From NCBI GenBank assembly GCA_964016885.1, contig OZ024742.1, positions 72,788,001 to 72,852,000 of the forward strand: a stretch of 64,000 nt of DNA, in the 5' to 3' direction. The notes under the pieces are model-generated. The model made no database searches, had not been told where the DNA came from, and was given only the letters and a program-made list of their open reading frames with translations. The stretch's first letter is position 1. Each line of letters begins with the position of its first letter. Shown here piece by piece: positions 1 through 14,479 of this stretch. A program made the position numbers and the translations under genes. The DNA is from Eledone cirrhosa. Its lineage: Eukaryota.

Positions 1-364
1 CTACCTCATCACTCTCACAGGAATAAGTGGGTGAAGAAGACATTCAAACCATCACCATAGTGTAATGAGGATAATAATAACGCTGATGATGCTTGAATTT
101 TATTTCTGTGTAGAACACAATCAGTACTTTTCAAGACCTCAAAACTGTTCATGTTCTCTATACTTCTCATTTGTTTGAGAATAGCTGTAGTTGTTTGCTG
201 AACTTTTTTATTGTCTTTAATTACTCTGAAGCACATAGACAATATGAGATACTGTCCCTTAACATACAAATGTGTTTCCTTATACCAATGCAAGAAATAG
301 TTCATGTAATCTTGTCAAATAACTGAAGTTAATTTCATTACTTTCGGAATTATTTTCTGTTTAG

Positions 365-559
<195 letters not shown>

Positions 560-1779
560 TGATTTTCAAATCATTTTGTAAATAATCAAGAATTTTGAGG
601 AATTTAGCAATATAACTAATTTAGTGATAAACAAATATAACTTGACAGGTCAGAGATTGAAGAAGTGGATGACTTCTTATGCCTTGGTATAAAGGTAGAA
701 AGTTTTTGATGTATCTTGGAGAATACCTCTTCACCTCGTACTGATTTTTCCTCTCCAGTTGCCTTTCCTAGAAATGTCACACCAAATACTGTAAAATAAT
801 TGCATGAAAATGTCATCAGTTATACTGTATGTACTACTGCTATTACTATTGTATTTGTTTATCTCTGATCAAGCAGTCTTACTAATGAATGTGTTCCAGC
901 CATAACCATCTTGGAAAAAAAGATTCGATAGTCATTGCTAGAATATCTTTGATCATAAGGCTGACCAGGGGTTTAGCAACAACAACAACTAGTACCATTG
1001 TCAATTTCCTGTATGTGTTATCTATTGCCATGAGTTTCATGCTGTTGTGGTTGTTTAGACCCAGGTCAGCCTGACTAGGCTGTCTATCAAAAAAATGTTC
1101 AAACCATGACCATCTTGGAAAGAAAAGATGGGAGAGTCACGGCTGGAATATCTTTAGTGGTTGGTATTAGGAATGGCATCCAGCTGTGGAAACCGAAACT
1201 GGAATGTATGTAAATGGGACATAGCTCCTTGCCCATTTAGGAGGAGAGTAGCCCTAATTAACTCTTGACTTTTTCTGTAATGACCCATCCAACCTATTCC
1301 TGCAGATGAAAGCAAATGTAAGCCCAGTCATGATCATCATAATGATCATTTTCTTCATCATTATACATCTGTCTTCTCTGTTAGCAAGGGTTAAATGGGC
1401 CGTTATAGACTCAGTCAGTACTCTAGTGGAACTACTAATCTCTCAGATGAACTGGACTCCTGCATCTCATTTACATGTTTCCACATTCTGCCGAGTGCTC
1501 AGATGGGTCAGGGGTCCACATCTTGCTTACATACATTGCTGCATTCCACTTAGCTCACTTTATCATGTCACCAACACTAAGGAGGTTGACATGTCTTTGA
1601 CACAACTGAAGAGTCCTCATTGTCTTATTGATCAAGGGCTAAGCAACAGCTACCACAATCACCAATTTACTGTGTTACCTAGTTTGAAATCATCTACTGA
1701 TGTATTCAGATTATTTAAACCACAGATTTATTCAGTAGGTTTTCATCACAAACTCTTTTCTCTATACTTTTTTATTTAG

Positions 1780-1845
1780 GTTGATCCTGTCAGAACTATA
1801 TCAGCTGGCAAGGTGAATATGGGAGCTTTCCGCACCTACCCAAAG
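1780..1845 (+). CDS. COPS5: COPS5 internal exon
   Basis: tttag|GTTGATCCT...CCAAAG|gtatgt; 66 bp, [22 protein letters not shown], in phase with flanking exons. Confidence 0.95.
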
Positions 1846-1908
1846 GTATGTTCTTTGACCATGTACAGATTTTCTGTTTTAAAGTGAGTGACTTTTTGTT
1901 TTCGTTTT

Positions 1909-3258
1909 CATCATCATCATCATCACCGTTTTACGTCCGTTCTTCCACGTTAGCATGGGTTAGACGGGTTGTCCTGTTGTGGGCAGTGTCTGGTCGGCTG
2001 ACCATGCCTTGCTCATACAGGAACTGATTTGGCTTGATTTCTACAGCTGGATGCCCTTCCTAACACCAACCTCATTTACAGTGAGTGCTGGGTGCTTTTT
2101 CGTGGCGCCTACACGTCCACTTTACAGTGTGGGCTGGGTGCTTTTTTTGCTGTGGCACCTCCACAGCCACCTTGCGGTGGGGGGTGTGGGGGCATATTGT
2201 CTATATGCGTCAGCTTGTACCCATGGGAGGTCGAGTACTCTATTACTGCGTGACGCCAGAAGTCACGGTCATGTGTCATTGCCTTTGAGAGGTGTAATTG
2301 GGTAAGGTCGGCTTTTATCACCTCATCCCAGGTCATCTTGGGTCTCCACACTCCGCGGTTTCCATCAACTTCTAGTGCTCTGCACCTTTTTATGCAGCTG
2401 TCATCCTTCATACGCATCACATGTCCATACCAGCGCAACCGCTTCTCCTGCACACAGCATTTGATACCGCTTATGCTCAGTCTCTCTCTCAATTCATTTA
2501 TGCTTTGTCGTTCACGTATATTACTGTTACACATCCATCGGAGCATGCAGGCTTCGTTTCTCTCTAATCTACGTAAGTCTTCCACCTTCAGCGCCCAGGT
2601 CTCACGACCATGCAACATTGCTGTTCGGATACACGCATCATACAGTCTGCCTTTCATTCTGAGGGAGAAGCCTTTTGCAGCTAGCAGTGGTAGTAGTTCC
2701 TTAAACTTCTTCCACCCCGTTCTTACCCTAGTTATTGTACTTTCTGAACACCCACCTCCGCTGCTAATTCGATCACCTAGGTAGCAGAAGCTGTCTACTG
2801 TTTCTACAGAGCCCTCCCAGAGATTGGTGGTACTTGTTTCCTGTGGCTGTTTGCTGCTTGCTGTTTCAGCACAGCTGCTGCATGTGAAGCCTACATTCTT
2901 AATTAAGCTTCCTGAGATCCCGCTACATCTCTTGTGTACCCATTGTTTGCATTTGGGGCAGAGAATGGAGTTCCTACCTACACCTTTCCTACATACTGAG
3001 CAAGGCCATTTCCCTGAGGGGATCTGGGTTCTGTTTTCTCGTCGACTTACAAGGACCTTAGTCTTTGTCATGTTGACTTTGAGACCCTTTCTTTCTAGTC
3101 CCTGCTTCCAAGTTTGGAATTTCTTCTCTAGTTCTACCATAGATTCAGCTATGAGTGCGAGGTCATCAGCATACAGGAGTTCCCATGGGCATCCGGTCTT
3201 AAACTCCTCCGTTATTGCCTGCAGGACTATGATGAACAGGAGGGGGCTAAGAACTGAG
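1909..3258 (-). mobile_element. 5'-truncated RTE LINE in COPS5 intron
   Basis: YADD region, PHD-like finger, RLRWYGHV; 3' UTR and (GAT)n tail. Confidence 0.92.
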
Positions 3259-3520
3259 AGTTTAGGTTACTATGTTGAAATATCACATTTTGAATTGTAG
3301 TTCTCAAATTGATATGGTTAATACGAAACACCAGATGTTTGCAGACAATTTTCCCTGTTAAAGCACTATGATAGGTTTCATGTTCATTTTGGGGTTGTTT
3401 TTGTGGCAGTGTAAAGCTGTATACCATTCTTGGTGCTAACTCTTTTAGCCATCTCTTATGATATATAGAGATACAGTCTACCTATTTTAAACAGTATCTG
3501 GTTTATATATTGACACTATA

Positions 3521-3855
3521 TCATCATCATCATCATCATCATTTCATTTTACGTCCGCTTTTTCCCTGCTTGCAAGGGTGGGACGGGAACTGATTCTGGC
3601 TTGATTTCTACAGCTGGATGCCCTTCCTAACACCAACCTCATTTACAGTGAGTGCTGGGTGCTTTTTTGCCGTGGCACCTCCACGACCACTTTGCAGTGG
3701 AATGATGGGGACCCCAGTCCCTATCATCTCATTTCTACAGCTGAGTAAACTGGAGCAATGTGAAATAAAGTGTCTTGCTCAAGGAAACAACACATCACCC
3801 GGTCTGAGAATTGAACTCACAACCTTTCGATTGCAAGGCCAATGCTCTAACCACA
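3521..3855 (-). mobile_element. CORE-type SINE, slightly 5'-truncated
   Basis: near-identical to 18270-18593. Confidence 0.85.
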
Positions 3856-4510
3856 AAATTCAAGTAGCCTCACTCCTTCTTCATTTCTTGAGCCGTAACC
3901 GTGCCCACCATGTACCCCGTGCACACCAAGTCCCCCGCTAGCATAACAATGTCTCTGTCCTCTGTCATGGAGGCTGCTGTAAAAGTTGCTCGTAAAAGCA
4001 GTCTTTCTCTTCTTTACCTAGGCCTGCCTGGGGAGCATAGGCAGAGATGATTGTCAGTAGTCTCTTGCCTACAACTAATCTAAGCTTAATTATTCTATTA
4101 CTAACTCTAACTACCTCTATTGTCTTATTGATCCATCTCTCAGCCAGTAATATGCCCACCTAACCCATCATCATTACCCACCCAGAAAAGCTTATACCTA
4201 CGATGTTTGCCTGCGATTAGTCTTGCAGAGGCACCTCTCCATCTCACCTCTTGCACACAGCACACATCCACATGCTTTCTCTCCAGCATCTCCACTATCT
4301 CACCAGAGATACCTGTTAGAGTGCCAACATTAAGTGTGGCAACTCTGAGATGCGACGTCCCGTTCTTTTTCCAGTTGTGCGATTGCCTGATGACGGTCGT
4401 GGGGTTTTCACACATGGCTTCACTAGGCACCCCGCTACCGTGCGCAGCCCTAACATGGTTAGTGTTATTGCTGTTTACGCAGTTGTTTCTGTGCGATTGT
4501 TTGATGTGAC
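3853..4510 (-). mobile_element. RTE LINE endonuclease fragment
   Basis: LRVATLNVGTL...VCCVQEVRW...AYAPQ...AGDL; frameshifted. Confidence 0.88.
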
Positions 4511-5797
4511 TCCATATTATAAATTTACAATGAGGTATGACTTTGATTAACACAGTGATATTTTCAAACTTCATGTTGAAAATGGATGTATGTATACTTT
4601 GAAATAAGTACATACATGTTGATAAATATGGTGACATTGTAAGTCTTGTATCCTGTGCATATCCTGGTTTAGAATAGGTACATTGTATCCTTGCATGTCA
4701 TAAGTGACTAAAAGGCATAGTGCTGGGAAGAACCTCTGGCTGTAAAAAAATGCCTTGAAATCGATCCAATGATCAGTATGAAACCTATCATGGTACCTAG
4801 AAGGCTAACCTCTATTTCAGCAGAGAAAATAGACTTACAACACTTGTATTGTAAATCTTGTGTATCTATGGAGTAAATCTATTAAGGGCTATTGATTCCT
4901 AACATCAAAGCAAAGTTCAGCAAATTTTTGACAAAGAAAATGGCTACAGCAGGTCAATATATGTAGAGATAAAGATTAAATGAAGTTGAAATGACCCTAG
5001 GGAAGTATTTTTCAAAGAAATATATTCCTTGTATGTCATCTTTGTTTTCATGCGAACTTTTTCATGCTGGCATTGGTTACAGCTGGATATTCTACCTAAC
5101 ATGAGCCCTTTTATTTGCTTCTTACAATATGCAAGGGTATGATTATATATTTAAAGAGAGAGAGATTACATTCATCATCACACACACACTTATATGTATA
5201 TACATATATATGTGTGTGTGTGTGTGTATTATCATCCATTTTCCCTGCTAACCTGGGTTAGATGGGTCTTCTCAGACCAAGTCAGTATCTAATCAGAGCT
5301 ACTGACCTGTCAGATGGGCTAGGGGCTGCATCTCACATTTCTGCACTTTACAGAGTTTACTGGGTACATTTTATCATGGCATTAGCACTATGAAGGTGGT
5401 TGTGCTTTCGACAACTGAAAAGTTCTTTCAACCCTTGTTGGTAAGATTTCTACAGCTGGACACCCTTCCTAATGCCAGTTATTTTGCATGGTGTTTTGGG
5501 TTAATTTTTATGCACCAGCACCAGAGAGGTTGTTCATTGACTTGACAGAATACCCCTCTCTACTCTATGGATGGAGATGTTAACTTGTTCCAAGTGTTTA
5601 GTTGAAGGGCAGGGGAGAGAAGAAGTATGATGGATGACAAAGATAAGTACAATATGTGGGTGAAAACAGGATAAGTATGATGTCATGCGTGTAATGAGGA
5701 TGATGAAAGGGAGACAAAGGGTAAGAAATACATACATTATAAATGTATGTATTTCTTGTATGTATGTGATAATTATCACATCCATTTCCCATGCTTG

Positions 5798-6060
5798 GAT
5801 GGGTTGCATTTTATTGTGGCACCAGCACTATCGCTTTGCGGAATGGACTGGATGCATTTTATTGTGGCATCAGCATTACCATTTTGTAGAGTGGGCTGGG
5901 TGCATTTTATTGTGGTATCAGCATAACTGCTTTGTAAAGTGGGCTGGGTGTATTTTTGTGTGACACCAGCATTGCCATTTTGCAGAGTGGCCAAGGTGTA
6001 TTTTATTGTGACACTAGCACTATCGCTTTGCAGAATTTACTGGGTGCATTTTATTGTGGC
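5798..6060. repeat. degenerate tandem array of an about 47-bp unit from the RTE/SINE 3' region (similar arrays 54140-54340, 55040-55250)
   Basis: repeated TGGGTGCATTTTATTGTGGCACCAGCA...TTTGCAGAGTGG. Confidence 0.75.
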
Positions 6061-6628
6061 AAGTGTGTTCTATTGTAACACTAGGACATGGAACTTTAAT
6101 GTTGCAAAATAAAAATTTTTTTTTTTAATGAAAAAGCTTTGTCTGGGTGTAATATATTTTAACTCTTAATGTCCTGTACCTCATGAAACCACATAAGCAA
6201 GTCATACTTGAAAAGTTTGGAACAGCACTATGACTGAATCACATTAAAAATGAAAGTCTTTACAAATGTTCACAATGATACTATAAACATTTGAATTAAC
6301 AAACCTGGTTTTAAATATATTGTTAAATCATTACAGGATGTTGAGAGAGAGAGATACTAGATAAATTAAGATCCTTTGTATAGATGCCCAATCTGTTAGA
6401 AATAAGTCAAATTGCCCTCAAGGCACTCGTCCAATCTTAAAAAAGAAAGAGAATAGAGATATGACAATCACCATTTCAATAGATTTGCTAAATGATAACA
6501 ACAGCTAAGAGATTGTGAGTTCTATCGTTTGTAGAGGCTGTGAAGAATTGTGGTTGATAATTGAAACATAGCAAGAATGTGAAGAAAAATCAGTAATGGT
6601 TGAAACACAAACACCATCTTATTTGCAG

Positions 6629-6826
6629 GGTTATCGTCCTGCTGATGAGGGACCATCCGAGTATCAATCCATTCCACTAAACAAGATTGAAGACTTTGGT
6701 GTACACTGCAAGCAGTACTATTCTCTCGATGTATCCTATTTTAAGTCATCATTGGATCGTAAGTTACTGGAGTCACTCTGGAACAAATACTGGGTAAACA
6801 CATTGAGTTCGTCAAGTTTTCTTGCA
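6629..6826 (+). CDS. COPS5: COPS5 internal exon
   Basis: tgcag|GGTTAT...CTTGCA|gtaagt; 198 bp, [66 protein letters not shown]. Confidence 0.96.
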
Positions 6827-7221
6827 GTAAGTTGCTTTTCTTTTATATTTATTTTATGTTCCTTTCTTCTCAGTTATTATTATTATTATTATTATATTAC
6901 CCTTCATTCTTACAGGGTCAATATAATAAAGTACAAATAATACACTGGGGTCAATTTAATCGATGTTCCCCTTTCCTTCAATTTGCTGGCCTTGTGCCAA
7001 AAGTAGAAACAATTGTTATATTGCATTTCATCCTTCTGTGATCAATAAAATAAATTGCCACTCAATTACTAGGTCAATATAATCGATTTTCCCTTCAAAT
7101 AATACTTTGCAATATTTATGTTTTGAGTTCAAATCTCGCTAAGGTCAACTTTATCTTTCATCCTTGTGGTGATATCAGCTAAATACATTTGTCTGATTTG
7201 TTCCCATTGATTTTGTTACAG

Positions 7222-7370
7222 AATGCTGAATATACAACTGGGCAGATCTTTGATTTATCAGAAAAACTTGAGCAGTCTGAAGCACAGCTGGGACGTTGTG
7301 GCTTCATGCTTGGCATGGATGCCTTTGAGAAGAAATCAGAAGACAAATTGTCTAAAGCCACAAAAGATGG
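7222..7370 (+). CDS. COPS5: COPS5 internal exon
   Basis: tacag|AATGCT...GATGG|gtaaga; 149 bp, [25 protein letters not shown]...[10 protein letters not shown]. Confidence 0.95.
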
Positions 7371-8535
7371 GTAAGATAAACACTCCATGCAATACAACTA
7401 CTTGTATTATTATACATCACATTCTATTTCTGAGGAACTCATGAGCAAGACACAGTGTTCTGACCTACCTGTCTCTCAGATAAAAACATTGTTGTCAATA
7501 GAGGCTTGGTGTGTTTCTGCTTCAGAAATTTGAGATGAAATAATGACAAGGCTGAGTTAGATAAATATATTATTTCTAACAAGGAACAAAATTGATAGTT
7601 GAAATGTTAAGAGCTTCACAACATTAAATATGTTAGCACCAACCTATTTATTTTCCTCTCAGAACACGTCCCTAGGTAATTCCCCCTTCTCTTTTTCCTC
7701 ATGCTTTAGTCATTATTTTAGGTTGTCACTAGGATCTGGCAAGTATTGGTAAAAATTATACTTTGTTGAGGAGGTCCAGTGTCTCAAGCAGAATTAAGTT
7801 GTTTTTTCTCATTGTAGGTGCAAGTCTAATTGATAAGCAATTTGTTTTAATCTCTGTGTTAAATATGTTAGCAGTAACTTAGCTAGTGTAAAGTTTGTAT
7901 TTATTTTGGAAAACAAAATATTTAATTGTTGTTTGTGCATATTTCTTTGTTTTTTAAGGTGAATGAATGTAAGTATATGTATGATAAGACAAAAATGGTA
8001 GCATTGAGCACCTACTAGTGAATTTGATTTATCCTTGAGTAAGCTGCTGACCTTTTACAATGTACAGGTGTGATCATATATCTGAAACACACGTTTTAAA
8101 TAGCATCCTAAAATAAAAACCCCATCTAATTAACTGGTAAATCTACACCTACCAGTATATTATGGTGGCTATTTGCAGTTTTTGTTCTGGATCTTTGTGC
8201 TCTGAGTTCAAATTGCACTGAGGTTAATTTTATCTTTCATCCTTTTGAGGTTACTAAATAAGAATGGTGGATTGGTAGAATTGTTAGAACATTGAACAGG
8301 ATGCCTTGCAGTATTTAACCTGGCTGTTTTCTGAGTTCAAATCTCACCTCCTGTCTCTGGAAAAAAGGTGACATGATAGGTGTGGGGCCTCCTATATTTA
8401 AAACATCCAAGCCCACTGATAATGGTGAGATTTATGTAGTAAATGCCCATTGTTGAAGATAGGTCAATCAATGTTTACAGCTATTGTTGTTATTTAGTCT
8501 TTCACCTGTTACCTTCTCTCTCTGTTTATCAACAG

Positions 8536-8713
8536 GTGTAAAACCACCATTGAAGCTATCCATGGACTGATGTCTCAAGTGATCAAAGACTGGCTGTTTA
8601 ACCATGTGCATGTTGGAGAAGGGAATGAATCATCGACACTGGCTATTGATCAGGCAAAACCTGGGACATCCGATGTTGCTATGGTCGTTGATGAAGAGAA
8701 AATGTCCTCATAA
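8536..8713 (+). CDS. COPS5: COPS5 terminal coding exon
   Basis: aacag|GTGTAAA; phase fits previous exon; (G)[61 protein letters not shown] at 8711-8713. Confidence 0.93.
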
Positions 8714-11700
8714 GTACATAAACAATTTTTAAATAAAAAATTCCCAAACCAAAATCACCATAAAAATGAGAACCTTTGTCACATAAAAACAAAGAAGAAT
8801 CTCCCTAAAACATGAAAAAGACAAATGCTGCTAATAATGTTTATTATTATTATTGCTTTCATTGCTGATATTTAATATTCTGAGTAAATGAGATGATGAT
8901 AACACATTGCTGACATCATTTTGATATTGTTTCTGTGGCTTGTTGATATCCTGATCAACATCCTGTACCACATGAAACTGCATTAGCAATACATTCTTGA
9001 AAAGTACATAACAGTACTAATACTGCATCACATGAAAAATTAAAGTCTTTTCTCTAATACTGAACATTTTCACAATAATCTGTCCAGTAAAATACTATAA
9101 ACATTTGAATTAACAAATCCATTTTTAGATATTTACTACTAAATCATTACAGAATGTTAAGAGTTATAACTGCTGTATACTGTGAGGATAGCTTGGTGTA
9201 TATTAAGGATAGATTAATATCTTAATAGGTTGATTATATTATGGATAGCTTAATATCTTAAGAGTAGCATGGTAGCTCGATATCTAAAGGATAATAGATT
9301 GATAAGTTGATATTGTAAGGATAATGTAATAACTTGATTGAATATCCATATAGTATAATTAGATTGTAATACCTATTTGGTGCTTACTAAGGATTGTAGA
9401 TATTCAGATTTCTATGTGAACTTAATGTTCTGCTGAACTACTTACATACACAGTGCATGGAAGTAGTTCAGCACACACACCATGCACTGTACATTCTAGC
9501 CACATGTATCAAGGAATTTTTAATATAATCAAGAATTTTGTAGGAATTTAGCAAAATAATTAATTTTTCCATTTAAAACTGGTGTTTGGAGTCTAACATA
9601 AAATTATGGTGGAAGGTTTGTAATTTAAATATGAGCACTTTAAAATTAGATGAATCGTATGATAGGTTCATGCTGTCTCCAGTAGGTTGCATTTAAAAGG
9701 GTTAACATCAATACCGTGTTGTTGTTATTCCTTTTTTCTTCTGCTATTTTATTTGCCAGGTCATTAACTGTAACCTGAGACAAGAGAAAGTAAATAAGTA
9801 GTTGCTTTCAGATCCCTGCATAGATGGTGTACCTTAAAAGCACATTATTTACAGGAAGAACCGTAGGGTTGGTATGTATAACTTGGTATTGAGTATTGAT
9901 TTGCTGGTGTTTATTATATAGAGGGAAACAAAGTATAATATAAATTAAGAAGATACAATTTTAGCATGTCTCACATGAATTTACAGGTAATCTTTAATTC
10001 ACATTTAAATTACTCAGTAATCCATATTTAGATTTTATCATCACTACTGTACAGTCAGTTATATTTGTTGGGTCATTTCTTTGCTTGGAAATTTTGTCTA
10101 TTTAAATACACCCAAATATTGGCAATAGCTGATACTAATGAATGCAGTTTGAAAAAATATTCTTCTTTGTAAAAAAAACAAAACAAACAAAAACCCTCCA
10201 AAAAAACAATGTTTACATTGATAATTCTGTAATTTTCATTTAATATTTTACTGAATTTTTTTTCTTTGGCTCAATAAACTTTTAGTTTCAGTTCTATAAG
10301 AAAGTCTTTTCTTTGTTTCTTTTGTTTTGGGTTATTGGAGGGGAAAACCAAAATGTTTAGCAAAGAAAGCAGAAATAGTATGCTGGGTTGACTTACAGAA
10401 CAAAGAACTGGAATAAATGCTACAAAGCATTTTTTCTGATGCCCTAATGACTCTACTAGTCCACCACTTTCTATTGCCCTAATAATTCTTTCTAACATCG
10501 GCACAAGGCCAACAATTTGGAGGAGAGGGAAAATCAATTTTATCAACCCCAAAAGGATGAAAGGCAAAGTTGACCTCCATGCAGTTTGAACTGAATGTAG
10601 AAAGTTATAACTAAATACCACAAAACATTTTATCTGATGCTCTACTGATACTGTCATCCACCACCCTCTATTCTAATAATAATAAAAAATTTCTCATATT
10701 GGTTCAAGATTGTATGTACTGAGGAGGGTACAGTTGATTCATTCAGAGTACTTAGCTAATGAGTATCAGATGAAATGCCTTGTGTCTTAATTCTGGTTCT
10801 TGGCATTCTGAGTACAAATCCTACCAGGGTCAATTTGACCTTTCATCCTTTAATGGCTGATGAATAAAGTACTGGTCTAAGGTAGTGGACTCGTGGAGTT
10901 GTTAGAGCATAGGAAAAGACAGAATGCTTTGCAGTATTTGTTTTGATTCTTTGTGTACTGTGTGGAAATCTCATTGTGGCCTCATTGGATGGTAGACTGA
11001 ATCCATTGCCTGGTTTAACCCTTTCATTACTGTATTTTTAATGCAGTGCCTATGAGCTTCAATTAATTTCAAAATTAACCAAAACTTTGGAGAAATTTGA
11101 TAAAATAACTTTTTTTTAATTAGTAAGCTGATATTTATAAATTTAACAAAAATTTATAAAATAAAATTATGATGGGAGGTTTTAATGTGAGTTTTGTATC
11201 ATAAATCAAGAGCAGTTTTAGGTAGTTTGGTATGAAAAAGGTTAACAACCACCTGGACCTTGGGTGCCTTTAATGAAGTCCACTCTTGCAACAGAAGGAT
11301 AACTTACTCTCTCCATCTCTTAGACCTGTCTCAGAGGCCACAGAAATGGTCATGGGCATTGCTCATTCTCCTGATTAACTGATTAAAAATAAATAAATAA
11401 AAAAACTGATAGGATGAATAGTAAAGACAGCCTCAACAAGGTTTTGATTAAAATTATTGCAGATACCTGTCCTGTGACAAGGCTTGTAACCATGCAAAAT
11501 GGAGATCTCTCTGTGTCCAATGCTACATGGGGAGCAAAAGGAACTACAGAAGAAGAGATGTTAAAATAGATTCAGTTGCATCATCTATGTTGTCACTCCA
11601 TTTGCTAAAAATAGGGAAAATCTTCAAATGACACCTGACCATCTTAACTCTTTCATTATCATATAGCTAATGAAAGACATTGTTTACAATTTTCATTTAA

Positions 11701-13749
11701 TTTTGAAAATAATCAAGAATTGGAAGGATTTAGCAATACAACAAACTTTCTCATTAAGCTGGAGTTTGGAACGTAAAAAAGGTACTTACATAGAATTATG
11801 ATGGAAGGATTTTTAGATAAATATAGGCATTTAAAAATAAACAACCTAATGTTGTAGAACTGAGGAGGAGGTATCAAAAGTGTTAGATTAGGAAATACTT
11901 ATTTGATCATGTAGTCCTATATATGTTTTGTCTGTACAAAAGACAGGATGATTACAGCTGGAATCCCCCCTCCCTACATGCACAGAGCAGGGAATGGCAG
12001 AATTGATAAAGCATCAAACTAATCATTTGGTTCTGAGTTCAAATCTTACCCAGATTGAAATTACTTATCATGCTCCCTCCAGAACAATAACATAAGTACC
12101 AGTGGGAGATAGATTAAGTCTATCACCCAACATAGATTTTTACAGTAAGTGGTGCCTCAGTCCAATGGTTAAAAAACTGTAAAATAAAGTATTTAAACAT
12201 ATATATAAAAGAAAGTAAGGTTTTTTAAATGTCTCACATGGGTAAAAATATAAGGAAAAGAATTTGAAAATGCAACTGGAGTCTTTTAAGAATATTTATT
12301 TACTTTACCAGTTTCACACATACATACAAATACAATTCAGTATCTACAAGAGACACACAAACACACAAATTCTTACTACCCTGCCATCATCATCATGGGA
12401 TACAGATTTATAAACCAATTTCTTGTACATTCTATTGTTTGTGAGTCTACTACAATAGATATTCTGACATCTTTCTGCACTTTGACATTAGCTCACTGAA
12501 CCATAACACTCCAATTTTTCTTTTCTTCTTTCATTTTCTGACCATCCATTTTTGGTGCAAAAATTACTATGCCTAATCACGTGACTGTCACCAACCAATA
12601 AAAATCGTAAATAGAAATTTTGAGCCACTTTTTCTGGTGTAAAAATTACTGTACCTAATGCCATCTGAGCCACTTTTTTTGTATAAAGCAGAAAGAATTT
12701 TCGAACTCAAGTTAGATGCAAGCCACACCACAGCAGAGTCACCAACCCTCCATCTCAATTTTACTTTTCATAATCATATGAACTGTGAAACTGGTAAAGT
12801 AAATAAATATTCTTAAAAGACTCCAGTTGCATTTTCAAATTCTTTTTCTTATATATATATATAAGAATAAGGTCTGATGGATCAGAACTGTCTTGGGTGC
12901 TAATAAGGAACAAGAGGAAAATATGAGGATTTTCTCTCCCTCATTTTTTATTTGTTTTTAATTTTTTTTGTAAAGAAAAAACAGAAATATAAAGATGTTT
13001 TGTTTCAAGAATAAAAAATAAAACACTTTTTGTTTTGAATATATTTTATTACCCTCTCAGCACGTCCTTCAAATTTTGGGGTTAACATTTCGTTGCTTCT
13101 ATATAATGGTCACAGGAATGACTGAAGGTTTAAGAAATTTGCTTTGCAATCATAAGGTCCCATGTTCAATCCCACTGCATTATCTAGCACCTTGAGCAAG
13201 TATCATCTAACACAACTGCCAGTTGACTATTTCTTTCTTTTGTTATTTTAATATTTAATCAAAGAGTGCACTGCTTATGACCCTTTCCTGGGCGTTTGTG
13301 ACTGTTGGGTGTAGGGAGGAAGGTATCCTTAAGCCAGAGACCTGCTCTGAATGTTTGCAGCAGAGTGGACTCCACTAAAGGCTTTTGTGTTAAACTGGGT
13401 GATAGGTTAAGTCTATCAGCCAAGTAGGCAACAGTGGGATTTGAACCCTGGATGCAGGCATAGTTGAATGGTTAAGAGTCCGTTTGCAATCATGAGGCCC
13501 TGGGTGCGACCCCACTGGACAGCATCTTAGGCAAGTGCCATTTACCATAGCCTCGGGTTGACAAGCCTTGTAAGTAAAGTTTTTAATCTCAATTTGCACA
13601 TTGATAAGGTCTCACTTTCAACAGATATGTTCTCACTTAGAATTAAAAATACTGTACTAGCTAACACTACCCATCCATGCCACCAATCTCTCACACACAC
13701 ATATATAGATACATACCTACATTAATATCCATTTCCTGTTTCACCAACA

Positions 13750-14175
13750 TTACTCACTCATCATGTGGTAACTTTCTTCCTCCTTATGTGTCAGATGTTT
13801 GGGAGTCTCTGGTACAGAGGTGACTGTAAACTTCTTCTCCTTGCCCACCACAACTCGACCCCTGGGTGCTTTTAGCCGTAAAAATTTCCAGTGTTTGCCT
13901 TTTGATTTTTCACGGGTGCTATGGCTGCGGTGGATTTCATTGGTGGGAATGTGGCGAGTTGGAGGTACAGAAACAAAGGAAAATGGCCGTGCTGCTACTC
14001 TTACTCCTGGGGACGCTTCAAACCGATCAAAGTCGAGAAATTCTGAGTAATGTCCATGTGTTGCAGAACTGTGTATCGTGTGGGCATTGTCAGCAGCGAA
14101 ATCAGCTTGGAATGATTGACTGCTTGGTACAGTTTTGTACACTGTTGGATTGAAGTTAAAGTTGACTGTTGGACT
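13750..14175 (-). CDS. probable terminal coding exon of the DUF389 gene (cytoplasmic tail)
   Basis: tttctttcttgacag|AGTCCA; phase 0 open frame SPTVNFNFNPTVYKTVPSSQ...EEESYHMMSE*, non-repeat coding-like composition. Link to upstream exons is inferred from strand and phase. Confidence 0.7.
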   Translation of the reverse strand, partial: SPTVNFNFNPTVYKTVPSSQSFQADFAADNAHTIHSSATHGHYSEFLDFDRFEASPGVRVAARPFSFVSVPPTRHIPTNEIHRSHSTREKSKGKHWKFLRLKAPRGRVVVGKEKKFTVTSVPETPKHLTHKEEESYHMMSE

Positions 14176-14479
14176 CTGTCAAGAAAGAAAGTAAAGTGTT
14201 TATATATATATATATATATATATATAATTACGTTTGTTTTGAAGCAGCGAGCAAGTTTGAAATTAGAAATAGAAGCTTTTGCCGTATTTTTTTTACTAAA
14301 GATGAGTATTGACATGAATGCTCATCTTTTTTCCATTTGTTAGAGGGTTCTAAACCCCTCTATCAGGCTAAAATTACTTTTAGTAAAAAAATACAGTGAA
14401 AGATTCTATTCTAATATATATATATAAACAAAATTAGAATTTGACGTTTTGTTCTCATATAGTGGATTACATAAATGTA

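Noticed and set aside
15-305. 96-aa minus-strand ORF
   Set aside because: No recognisable motif; lies antisense in a COPS5 intron.
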